This document shows, one piece after another, positions 1-11,022 of a DNA stretch of 64,000 nucleotides. The translations under genes and the position numbers were made by a program. The notes below the pieces were generated by a model that was not told the DNA's origin, searched no databases, and saw only the letters and a list, made by a program, of their open reading frames with translations. The DNA is from Takakia lepidozioides (Eukaryota; Plantae; Bryophyta). Each line of letters begins with the position of its first letter. Position 1 is the stretch's first letter. The stretch is from the NCBI GenBank assembly GCA_030704615.1, contig CM060731.1:55614001-55678000 (forward strand), written 5' to 3'.

Positions 1-61
1 GCTGTATCAAGCAATCAATCGAATTGCCCAGGAGACAGGAAACACAGACCTGAACAGCAAG

Positions 62-3000
62 GTGACCAGTTATAATGTGAAGCCGGAAGGGCGAGAAACA
101 GTCATGGACTTTGATGATTCTATGCCAGTAATCCAATTGAGAATTGGGAGCACAGAACTAACTGATGTACTGATAGATGGAGGTTCTGGAGTAAATATCA
201 TGACAGACCAATTAAGGAAGAAGCTTGGTCTAAGTAACATGAAACCAGCCCCATTTACAGTAACAATGGCAGATCAAAGAAGTGTACAGCCATTGGGATT
301 AATAAGAGGAGTTAAGATACAGATACAGAAGATGATCTTTATGATCACAGTAACTGTGTTGAAGATGGATGAAGTCATGGAGGCTTACTCCTTATTATTG
401 GGACGTCCGTGGCTGAAACAGGCCAGGGTATTCCATGACTGGAATTCTCAGTTACTAACCGTGCATAATGGGATACACGAGATACAAATTACCACAAAGA
501 AATCTAGTAGATTACCTGCTACAAGAAGACCTCGAGGAGTCAGAGAGTATGACTGGAGAGGAGGACTGGATGAGGAGCAGGAAGCTACCCTATTTGCTGC
601 ACACCCAGAGTGGGAGCAGGTTGCAGAGATGCGGCTGGAAAGCCTAAGTTGTTTAAGAGGTATCTGCTGTGGTGTAGTGACAGCAACACCAACTGAAGAG
701 GAAACCAACAGTTACCCATCACATTTCTATGAAGAAAGAGAAGGAGAAATGGAAATCCTAGAAGAACCAGCCACTGTGAGCTTACAGGATGAAGTGGTGA
801 CTGGTTGGACAATCACAGCTGATGAGCAAGTGAGGGAAGTGAATGTGGGAACTAAAGAGGAACCGAGGATGGTGAAAGTAGGAGCTGATTTGGAGCCGGA
901 GTTCTTTGAAGAAGCTAAAAGCTTGTTCATCAAATACAGAGATGTATTTGCTTGGAGTTATGAGGATTTAAAAGGGATACCACCTGAAGTCTGTCAGCAT
1001 AAGATTGAACTGGAACCAGGGTCAGTACCAATCAAGCAGGCGAGGTACAGAATGAATCCCAACTACGCACAGAAGGTTGGAGAAGAGATTAAGAAGTTGG
1101 ATGAGGCTAAGTTTATATACCCAATAGAGTATACAACTTGGTTGTCACCCATTGTTATAGTTCCCAAGAAGAATGGCAAACTAAGAGTATGTGTGAACTA
1201 CAAGAAGCTGAATGCTTGTACGAAGAAAGATCCTTTCCCTTTGCCATTCACAGAAGCAGTATTAGACACTGTGGCAGGCCATGAGATGTACTCATTCATG
1301 GATGGCTTCAGTGGTTATAATCAAGTGCAAGTGGCAGAAGAAGACCAAGGGAAAACAGCTTTCATCATAGACTGGGGGGCTTATGCATACAAAGTCATGC
1401 CCTTTGGACTTTGTAATGCACCAGCGACCTTTCAGAGAGTGATAAGTGAATCTTTTCATGAGTATCTGGATGATTTCATGTAGGTATTCTTGGATGATTT
1501 CAGTGTGTACAGCTCTAAGAATGAGCACTTGCATAAATTGGAGTTATGTCTGGCCAGATGCAGGATGAGAGGTCTGGGCCTGAATCCAGAGAAGTGTACT
1601 TTCTGTGTGAACTCAGGGGTGCTTCTGGGACACATTGTGTGTAAGAAGGGACTTCTTGTGGATCCCAGAAACACAGAGTCCATTAAAGCCTCTCCACCAC
1701 CAGTGAATGTTAAAAGTCTAAGGAGATTCCTTGGGCAAACACGTTATTACAGAAGATTTGTCAAAAGGTATGCACAAATAGCAGCACCATTGAGCAAGCT
1801 ATTGAAGAAAGATGCAGTGTTTGCCTGGACAGCTGAATGTCAGCAGGCGTTTGAGGAACTTACCCTGTCAGTAACAACTACACCTGTGCTGATTAACCCT
1901 CACTGGCATGTAGTATTTCATGTTCACTGCGATGCATCAGGAGAAGCGTTGGGAGCGGTGTTAGCCCAGAATGTTACAGGAAATATAGATTCACCTGTGT
2001 ACTATGCTAGCAGGATGATGAACAGTGCTGAAAGGAACTATAGCACAACGGAAAGAGAAGCGTTGGCAATGATCTATGCAGTGAAGAAATTCAGGCATTA
2101 CCTACTGGGCAAGAAGTTGATGTTCTATGTGGATCACCGGGCTCTGATATACCTGGTAAACAAACCTCTGATAAGCGGAAGAATAGCAAGATGGTTGATA
2201 ATCTTGCACGAGTTTGAGTTCGAGGTTGTTTACAAGCCTGGGAGACTGCATCTTGTGGCGGATCACTTGTCACGGTTATCAACAGGAGAACCAGCCACAG
2301 GAATAGATGATCAATTACCAGATGCGAGTCTATTTGCAGTGGAGGTGCAGAGAAGTGCAGATGACTGGTTAGATTGGAAGTGGCCAATCAGATACTACCT
2401 TGCTCATGGTCAATGCCCACCTAGTTATGGTAAGGAGCAGAGGAAGAGAATCGCTATCAAAGCTTTACCTTATACTATGGTAGGAAGCAGAATGTATAAG
2501 CTAGGACCTGATGGAGTACTAAAACGATGCTTGTACCACCATGAAGTAAATAAAGTTTTGGAGGAAGTTCATAAAGGAGTGGCTGGAGGTCATTTTGGAG
2601 AAGAGACTACCAGTAGGAAGATACTACTCGCAGGTTACTGGTGGCCTACTTTGTTCAAAGATGTACACGAGTATTGTCAGAGTTGTGATGAATGTCAGAG
2701 GCTAGGACCTTTGCAGAGATCTGGAAGGATGGCATTGCATCCTACAATGCCTACAGAACCATTTCAGAAATGAGGACTAGACTTTGTTGGACCAATTAAC
2801 CCACCAGCCAAGAATACACAAAACAGGTACATAATTACAGCCACTGATTATACTACGAAGTGGGTGGAAGCTAAAGCTTTGAGGGACAACACAGCCAAGT
2901 CCACAGCAAGGTTCCTGTATGAGAACATATTTACACGATTTGGCTGTCCCTTAGAATTTATCAGTGATCAGGGAAGCCACTTCATGAATGAGACCATAGA

Positions 3001-3610
3001 GTTGTTGACTAAAGAGTTCATGATTGTGCATAGAAAGAGTACAACATATTACCCACAGGGTAATGGGCAGGCAGAGGCTACCAACAAAATACTATGTACT
3101 ATCTTGGCTAAGATAGTCAATGCAAACAGAACGGATTGGGATACAAAGCTACTGACAGCTTTGTGGTCATACAGGACTTCCTATAAAGTCACCACTAAGT
3201 ATACACCATTCCAATTAGTTTATGGTATGGAAGCCTTACTTCCAGTGGAATTCATGTTACCTACCATGAGAACGGAGTGGGGAAAGATAATGGAATTGCA
3301 AGATTCCATTAAGGTCAGGAAACATAAATTATACCATGTGGAAGAAGTACGTGCTGATGCAGCTGATAATATGACCAGAATTCAGATGAAGAGAAAGGAA
3401 CAGTTTGATGAAGGCAAGTTAAAGACTTTTAAGACGGGGGATTTGGTTCTATGGTTGCAGAAGAAAGGAAAGATTAAAGCTTCTAAGCTTAAATCACCAT
3501 GGAAAGGACCTTATGTCATACAAAAGATGTATGATAACAACACCGCCATGTTACAAACCATTAACAAGGAAATCCTGGGAAGAGTCAATGCCAATAAGTT
3601 AAAGGGATAC
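62..3610 (+). pseudogene. pol: pol polyprotein (protease-RT-RNaseH-integrase) with in-frame stops at 1481 and 2771
   Basis: ORFs 62-1483, 1490-2773 and 2864- share one frame. The stops correspond to CAG and TGG codons in the copy at 22123-24438. Confidence 0.93.
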
Positions 3611-3754
3611 AGTGGTATCCATGACAAACCATTGCAGCATGATTTGCATGTTGAAACGCAAGAGCAGTCACGGGCTGCACCAGTGTTACCAACGGAGTAT
3701 GGAGCACTTGTCGCTAGGCCAAGCATATATGACCAGAGCGGGCGGACAAGGCGA

Positions 3755-3995
3755 AACACAGCCTATCACAGCCCATCACAACGTGACACAGCCTATCACA
3801 GCCCAGCACGGCGCAACACAGCCTATCACAGCCCATCACAACGTGACACAGCCTATCACAGCCCAGCATGGCGCAACACAGCCTATCACAACCTACCACC
3901 GCGTGTCACAGCCTATCACAGCTTACCACAGTGCATCACAGCCTATCAAAGCGTACCACAGTATGACACAGCCTGTCACAGCTCAACACAGCCTA
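3755..3995 (+). repeat. 30-bp tandem repeat (~8 units, CACAGCCTATCACAGCCC...) encoding TAYHSPSQRD-like decapeptides downstream of integrase
   Basis: Directly visible periodicity. Also present at ~36295-36570 and ~53820-54080 on the - strand. Confidence 0.9.
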
Positions 3996-4489
3996 CTAGG
4001 GTTACACGATCCATAGAATCAGTGACAGGTGGACGCACAATAACTTCAGGAAAATGGCTGACAGAAGAAAAGACGGGAACTAGTTTAAAAATAGACACGT
4101 GGAAGTCAGGGTGCGACACACAGCTGAGAAGGAAGTGCAAGAACAGGTGTCATCAAGAAAGAGGACAAGAATGGCCGTCAAAATACCTAATGAGCGCGTC
4201 AAATTGGATGAAAGGCGGGCCCATTGATGAATACGGAGAAAGGGGAACGGAACAAACGGCAAGTACAGAAAAACAAAATTCTTGTCACATGTGTGATCCT
4301 AGTGGACTATCCAGCAGGGAAAGTCCACTAAGGAAAATGAAATCTAAAATCCAGTCACAGCGGTTACAGCCAATAGAAAGCCAGAGAAAGGATCAAGAAA
4401 TTGGAAGGAAATTAAGCGCAAGAGGCGGCGTCGTTCTGAGTAACGGGCGTCTCGACGGGACAGACCATCAATGCTATAGCTTGGAAACT

Positions 4490-6878
4490 ATGGAGGAACT
4501 AACAGACTATACGCTCGCAATATTACTTACGCAGTGGCATAGACACGAAAGAACAGAGCGGAGCTTTTCTCTTGAACGATGCTTGCAAGCTCCACAGGCT
4601 TACAAGAAATTACCCATAGCTTTTTGTGGCAACCATACGTTTATGCTTTGTGCACTAAGGGCATTTCTGCAGTTGTTACAGCCAAAATATTTCTGTGGGT
4701 CTAAAATGAAGAGAGTGAGAGGAATGGAGGAAATCAGGGTGAAGAGCACCACAATTCTGTAGAAACAAACGATTGCTACCCCACAGGCGATACATATACT
4801 GAAGGAGCTGAGATTGCAAGGATTGCAAAGCATAGATTGGACATTACACCATAGACAGTACATATTACAATTTTTGCAGAACTTTGAGCCAAGGACAGGA
4901 ACAACAACGGTGAAGGGAGTTGAATTAGTAATTACTCCCCTATACCTCCAGCAATTGTTTCGATTGCCAGCAGGTCAGGTGCATGTGGAGGAGCACAGGG
5001 CAAGACTGCAAATAGGGGACTTATTCCAAGAAGGGAGTTTCTTTAAAACTCAGGGTTATGCTTGTATCAAGGCCGTGTACCCAGGGCTAAAGGAGGTAGG
5101 CCAGGTATCGAACGTTTTGATTGCCATGAAACAGAACCAACAGTATTTGAGCAGATCCTTCACGGAGGAAATACTCAAAGCTTTGAAAGGACAAGAGGTA
5201 GAATGGGCGGACATAATGTACAACGCACTGGTAGAGGAGATGAAAAGATTACAAGGTACTACCGCAAAGTCTCCTATCATAGTGTCTGGCCCAATCATTG
5301 CTCAAATAATTCTTGATTCTAGCATACTTGATGCGCAAGAAAGAAAGGAGATGGGAGTGTTTGAGCCAGAAACCACTGCAATGGAAGAGCAAGGCTCTTC
5401 ACACAGTGAGGGTGGACTAGCAGGGCAACCCGAGACTAAGAGGCATAGACGGGGAAAGACTATAGTGGCGGATCCACTGGCTTCACAGATTCCGCATGAT
5501 AATGTTTCCCAAGCTCATGTGCAGGAAGGGGCACAGCAGCACAGAGAACTGCTATTACTGGAAGCAGGACCTTCAGAGAGGGAGGAGGAAGTTACTTCAA
5601 TATCACAACCATCACAGCTAGCTGATCGGCTTGTCACAAGGTTACAAGTTGTCCATGCAGCTCAACCAGAAATAATTGATTTGGAAAGAGAAGGGTTAGA
5701 TATTCCAACTACAGAACAGATAGTGGCAGAAATTGAGAAGGGGGACCTTCTCTATGAATGTTCTGGTCTGGTCAAGGAGACAGAGATTCCAGAGGTGCAA
5801 CAGTTGCCCAAGAAAAATCTTGAGGTGCATATAATACACACACCTGTGTCGGAGGTACCACAGGCAGAAGGTCATGACACTGTAGCACCGGTGATAGATG
5901 AAGTGGTTCAGGAAGAAAATCCGGTGGGACAATGGCCTGAGTGGTTCGTGAGACATCACATTGTTGAGGATCAGGAGGAACAGCAGCAACCTCACCATGA
6001 TGACCCTCAACAGGCAATGCTGATGAGTTCCATAGGCAAGACACTTAATTTGTTGGGGACTTATGTCAAATCCCATGTTCCAACTACCCAATTGACAGCC
6101 TTGAGAGAAGAACTCAGGAAGGAGTTTGAGGCTCGACTAGCCACTGAGTGTGCAAACAAGGTCGATGAAGAGGTCACTCTCAAGATGCAGCAGGACTTGG
6201 GAAATACAGAAGCGGCTTTGCAATTGGCCAAGGAACAATTGATTGAGGCAGGCCTCGCGCAAGACCAGTTGCACGAAGCACATAAGCAACAGCTATACCA
6301 AATGCAGGTGCAGCATGAAAGCAAGTTGCAAGAAGTGAGTGCACTACATACGGAGTTGCAGACAGTGCATGACAGGATGGTCATACAATGTGCTACATTC
6401 ACAACTATGCTTGACCAATCTACAAAAGAAATAAATAGTCAAGCGGAAAAATGTACGAAGGCAGAAGAAGAGAATGTTGAGCAAATAAAACTCATTGTCG
6501 ATATGAAAAATACAATCTGTCGCAATGAGGATACTTTCAAGCGATACAGGCAGGTTGAAGCTGATCAAGAGAAGCACATCGTGGAGTTGCAACAAACGCT
6601 CATGGCCAATAGAACTGAAATCACGGTCACTAACAAGGCTTGGAAGGAAGCTAATAATCTACTTGCTGCCTATGCGAAATTGGTTGAACCTCATGCGAAG
6701 CGCATGGAGGCTTTACAACAGCAGTTAGAAGTGTACAAACTCAAAGAGGAGCACACTCTCAGAGGAATCACAAGCAACTTGGTGGATAACAGCCTTATGC
6801 AGGTCTGGTTAGCACAAGGGCCAGTGGAGGGCAAAGCACCACGAAAGCTCACCCAAAGCGAGATGAATGAGCTCAGGC
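4490..6878 (+). pseudogene. Extra 3' retroelement ORF (Athila-ORF/env-like N-terminal domain plus Glu/Gln-rich coiled coil), stop at 4760, 3'-truncated
   Basis: MEELTDYTLAILL start. QFLQNF...TVKGVELVITP..LQQLFRLP resembles the plant transposon/Athila extra-ORF motif. Long heptad-rich region. The TAG at 4760 is CAG in the copy at 35367-36161. Confidence 0.75.
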
Positions 6879-6900
6879 CCTTACCACCGCAGGATTTCAG

Positions 6901-7401
6901 ATGGTGCAGCGCACTGACGTCCCCAGACAACCATTTCCGCTTCCACAGCCTCCACCACCGACCCCTATGAGAGCAAGAACAATGGGACACAACAGCTCTA
7001 AGCATCCTACACACCGTTGGGGGAAACCGAAGAGGCGGCGACCTCCCTCAAAAGTGAACGAGACAAGGATGGGGAATGCACTTCGGATGAACTGTACAAT
7101 CCAGAGCTCGACAGAAGTGCCCCCACCAGGATTTGGGCGTGTGTATCAGATGGCCACGGCAGGCTCAGCTGTTCGCAATGAGGTGTACACCATCACCATT
7201 TCAGAATTACCCACCTGCAATTGCACCGACTTCCAGATCATAGCGAACAAGGGGGCATCATACTGCCCTTGCAAGCATTTGTACTACGTGTACCTAAAGA
7301 GACTCCGTTGTAATTCCACAACTCATCACTTCATACATGCACCAAGGTTGAGCCCCCAGGAGGTTCACACTCTTCTGAATATGGATCCAGGGGACCAGTG
7401 A
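6901..7401 (+). CDS. SWIM zinc-finger protein, C-terminal fragment (frame open back to the 6879 junction, so 5'-truncated)
   Basis: YTITISELPTCNCTDF...CPCKHLYYV matches CxC-xn-CxH. The following L..L.....L...EV..LL tail resembles MEKK1/ZSWIM2-type SWIM domains. Confidence 0.75.
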   Translation: MVQRTDVPRQPFPLPQPPPPTPMRARTMGHNSSKHPTHRWGKPKRRRPPSKVNETRMGNALRMNCTIQSSTEVPPPGFGRVYQMATAGSAVRNEVYTITISELPTCNCTDFQIIANKGASYCPCKHLYYVYLKRLRCNSTTHHFIHAPRLSPQEVHTLLNMDPGDQ

Positions 7402-8146
7402 GCTTGGCTTGCGGTCCCAATACAATGGTACGCCCATCCTTTTCGGATAGTACAACTGTACTGCTGCCAGTACCTCAGACTCTGGCCACAGAAAGGTCTG
7501 ACATATGTCTTGCCTACCAGTAACCTGTTTTGCTCGAACTAAGATATTACTATATCGTTCACTTGTTTCCACGTGCATGTATTTTTGTATGTTGGAGGGT
7601 TCATGTTTTTCTGCTTTCCGAAAACTTGCTTTCCTCATTCGACCTCCGACAAGGAAATGCGGCGCCGCATTTCCAAGTATCGTCGTAGGTACTGGTAGAG
7701 GCGGCCTTCACCAACACCAAACCGCTCCAAAATTTCGCACGTGCGAACCCTAATGCGGCACCTTATTTCCCAGTTCAGTTGCAAACCTTTCTCGCCGAAT
7801 ACCCGAAGAAGACAGAATTGTGAAGTACTGCAGACTCTATTGGTGCAGACTCCATTGGTTCAATCGCGGCAAAAGGGTCAGCTTCATTCCAATGTTAAGG
7901 CATGTAAAACCGCGGAATACTCTATACATGCCAGTATGCGACGTCCTTTTGCAGTGGTATACGGATTTCCCGTTGCACGGTCACTTATTTCCATGAGCGG
8001 ATCTAAAAAACCATGAGCGGACTTGTTACTGACGACATATCTTCGCCGCATTACATGATCTGGAACGTCCAAAAACGGCAAGGTCAAATAAAAAACTATT
8101 ATTTTAATACTTGTTGAATCTGCCGCATTTCCAAATTTGGAGGAGT

Positions 8147-8252
8147 CCGCTCATGAAATCCGCGTATCTTAGACTTTGGCTCACCGCTCATGCGGCTCAT
8201 GCGGCTCATGGCTCATGGCTCATGGTTTCTGCTCATGAAATAGTAAACCTCC
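8147..8252 (+). repeat. Subterminal (GCTCATG)n repeats and terminus variant ...GCTCATGAAATAGTAAACCTCC
   Basis: About 7 GCTCATG units. Inverted CATGAGCGG copies at ~7992 and ~8012. The core GCTCATGAAATAG is shared with the termini at 9355, 33784, 39321, 51324 and 56831. Confidence 0.8.
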
Positions 8253-9134
8253 GGCACGGGTAAGCCTTCACGTGCTCAGTTTGTCCCCTGGCCCGATTGC
8301 AATTGCATGCCGCAAGCTATTATTAACCGCCCGCTTTGTTCCTCAGGTGCTTCAATGTGGGCAGGGACGTTGTCCGACAGGCATGTGTTCGCCTTCGAGC
8401 CAGATACTGCCCTCCACAACTCGGAACTTGCAGCGGCTGAACGTCTGCCGAAAGAGGAAGAGGCATCCTCGGATGATGAGGAAAAATCCGAGAAGGAGTA
8501 GGGGGAGGAAGTTGGGATCGAGGCCGAGGAGCCCCCGGTTTATGAGTGAGTGGTGGCATTGTAAGTTGCCTCCAGATTTCGTGAGGCACCTCCCTCCGCT
8601 CTCTTATTTCATTGAAAACCCTTTCTGGTTGTGCTGGTATTGACATTCTTGAAGTGGATTTGTTCTTACTGTAGGATGCCAAGTACTGCCGGAGGGACGT
8701 CTACACCGGAGTTCATGGGCAGGAGGAACGTGCCTTTTTTTGCCAGGGGGGATTTCATGCCTAGTCCAGAAAGGGAGTACATCCTTCCTACTTATGCTGT
8801 CCGGCTTGCTTCGGTGTCCATTAGGAGGTGTTCCGAACGTAGTCGTGTACAACAGATTTTAGACGAGGCAAGCCTCAAGAAAATGAAGATGAGGGAGGAG
8901 GCAGCAGCTATCAGAGCTCGTCGGGCTCGTAGATTTGTCTTGGATTCTGCTGAGGAAAGTGGGGGAGAAGACGCAGAAGATTCCCAGGAGGTGAGGTGGA
9001 CAGTCCCCCAAGGAGAGGACGGGATTTTTGAGAGGCATAGTGGAACTGATGCATCACAGAGCTTGGAGGATGAGGGGGATGAGGGGGATGAGGAAGAAGG
9101 TGGGGCAAGTTCCTCGGAGGGTGTAGGAGAGTAG
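8253..9134 (+). pseudogene. 3' remnant of a diverged paralog of the ParB-methyltransferase gene (last exons)
   Basis: GGC ACG G|GTAAGC donor at 8260 and acceptor at 8346 give G-T-GASMWAGTLSDRHVFAFE. The last exon RRNVPFFARGDFM...EVRWTVPQGEDGIFE matches 29976-30443. Confidence 0.8.
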
Positions 9135-9298
9135 TGCCCATTCCGGCTATGACAGTTAGAACACACTTGTATAGACGTGGCTTGCCACAAAATTTGCAAT
9201 AAAATGTTGCATTTCAAGTCCACTTGTGCCACATTCCAACTTCACATGACCCTATTTCCGTGCCTCCTAACCCTATTTCCGTGGACTCACAATGGTCT

Positions 9299-9355
9299 GC
9301 TCATGCTTTTTTTTTTTCCGCTCATGCTCATGCCGCTCATGAAATAGCAGCCCCC
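9299..9355 (+). repeat. Element X terminus (GCTCATG repeats + AAATAGCAGCCCCC)
   Basis: Abuts gypsy RT sequence (CATCTCATGGCC) at a sharp junction. Confidence 0.85.
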
Positions 9356-9985
9356 CATCTCATGGCCTGCCACAGTGTCCAATACCGCTTCTGTGAATGG
9401 CAAAGGGAAAAGATCTTTCTTCGTGCAAACATTCAACTTCTTATAGTTCACACAAACTCTCAGTTTACCATTCATCTTGGGAACTATCACAATGGGTGAC
9501 AACCAAGTTGTATACTCTATCGGGTATATAAACTTAGCCTCAGCCAACTTCTTGATCTCTTCTCCAACCTTCTGTGCATAGTTGGGATTCATTCTGTACC
9601 TTGCATGTTTAATTGGTACTGACCCTTGTTCCAGTTCAATCTTATGCTGACAGATCTCAGGTGGTATCCCTTTTAGATCCTCGTAGCTCCAAGCAAATAC
9701 ATCTCTGTATTTGATGAACAAACTCTTAGCTTCCTCAAAGAATTCTCGTTCCAAATCAGCTCCTACCTTCACCATCCTCGGTTCTTCTTCAGTTCCCACA
9801 TTCACTTCTCTCACCTGCTCATCAGCTGTGATTGTCCATCCAGTCATCACTTCATCCTGTAAACTCACAGTGGCTGGTTCCTCTAGGATTTCCATTTCTC
9901 TTTCTCTTTCTTCATAGAAATGTGGTGGGTAACTGCTGGTTTCCTCTTCAATTGGTGTTGTTGTCACTACACCACAACAGATACC
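9356..9985 (-). pseudogene. pol: Gypsy pol fragment (pre-RT and RT N-terminus)
   Basis: GICCGVVT...WLSPIVIVPK..GKLRVCVNYKKLN...VAGHEM, near-identical to ~659-1287. Confidence 0.92.
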
Positions 9986-10992
9986 TGTCGCGCGGCATTT
10001 ACTCACCCATCCCTTCGCTATTCGAGGCGGAAACTCCAAGATAGAAGAGTTGGAAATCTCTAAGTACTCAGCCCGCGCAGAACAATCAGTCATGACCTAC
10101 AGCTAGTGTATCATGGGGGTGTTTCCTATTTGTTTCCCTTTTGGCATTCATGTTAACTACCTTACCATTGATAAGTAAGTATCAGTTTGCTTTATCAATC
10201 TATTGGATTCCGTCAACTCATCTATTCATTCCACAGCTTCACTCAGATCTCTCTACACAGTGTGATTGTATCGTAAAAGTATCCGATTATGATTTATTAG
10301 GTATCAGGCCGAAGCCATTGTGTCTCTAATCTGCTCTGCAATATCATTACAGCCTTGCATATAACAAGCATCTACTCATCATCTCTCTATCTTCACTTCC
10401 GTTCTTCATCTCTGCCCCATCCCCTCTCCTCCATGACCAAGAAGTAGTCGTCCTCTCCATCCTCTCCCGAAATTCCCCGTTTCTCCCTTTATCTTCCTAT
10501 CCGTGGTTCTAACCGTTTCCCTCACTAACCGTCGTCTGTGAACTAACATGTTCCCTTCGCAGGTGTTGTTCCCCACAGTCGTTCCCTGTCCTACTCTTCG
10601 TTCCCTATGATCGTGACAGCTGTGTCAAGCTGTGACTGGCTGTGTGAAACTGTGACGGGCTGTGGACTGGCTGTGCGACTGTGTTTGGCTGTGTCGGGCT
10701 GTGACTGGCTGTGTGGCTGTGCCGGGCTGTGTTGGCTGTGTCGGCTGTGTCTACTGTGACGACTGTGACGGGCTGTGTTGGCTGTGTCGGTTGTGTCTGA
10801 TGTGACGACTGTGACGGGCTGTGTCGGCTGTGTCTGCTGTGTCTGCTGTGACAACTGTGACGGGCTGTGTAACCCCCCTCTACAGTGCGCTGCTGTCACC
10901 CCTAAGGCTCCTGTTGGTCTCAGTCTGTGCAAAAATTAAGGGTACCCTACAGATCCCGTATAAGTGTCTAAGTCCCCGACAGTCCTCTAACA
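9986..10992 (-). repeat. LTR (3' LTR of a minus-strand copy, inserted into pol of the same family)
   Basis: On the - strand it begins TGTTAGAGG and ends GCGCGACA. Homologous to 17284-18327 and preceded by a PPT. Confidence 0.92.
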
Positions 10993-10995
10993 TTA

Positions 10996-11008
10996 CCCCT
11001 TCCCCCTC
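10996..11008 (-). promoter_or_regulatory. Polypurine tract
   Basis: GAGGGGGAAGGGG, 3 nt before the LTR TG. Confidence 0.85.
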
Positions 11009-11022
11009 AAAAAGCCGTGTCC

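Larger units (their letters stand above)
1..6878 (+). mobile_element. Ty3/gypsy LTR retrotransposon, internal region (pol + extra 3' ORF), truncated at 6878 by foreign SWIM-containing sequence
   Basis: Domain order PR (LIDGGSG), RT (FMDGFSGYNQ, FxDD), RNase H (CDASG, NYSTTERE), INT (H-H-C-C, ISDQGSHF, WKGPY). Identity to sister copies stops after GAGCTCAGGC (sisters continue TGCAGGTGCAG). Confidence 0.95.
6879..8252 (+). mobile_element. Terminal arm of an element-X-related DNA element carrying a SWIM ORF
   Basis: Non-gypsy sequence. Contains the perfect palindrome GGAAATGCGGCGCCGCATTTCC (7653-7674) and ends in GCTCATG repeats plus GCTCATGAAATAGTAAACCTCC. Confidence 0.65.

Noticed and set aside
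448-2387. Antisense ORFs over pol and over the X gene
   Set aside because: Short shadows of the coding strand with no independent motifs.
3480-4490. Chromodomain or extra archaeal-type RNase H in pol
   Set aside because: No chromodomain motif after GPY, and RNase H runs directly into integrase. Lineage left as non-chromovirus, unassigned.
8231-9355. 8231-8252 and 9335-9355 as direct terminal repeats of one small element
   Set aside because: The enclosed DNA starts mid-exon, so nested insertion of one end into another element is the simpler explanation.
10591-10932. His/Ser/Thr-rich ORFs in LTRs (also 17344-17706, 33759-34022)
   Set aside because: These read through stop-poor CACAGCC micro-repeats of variable length.
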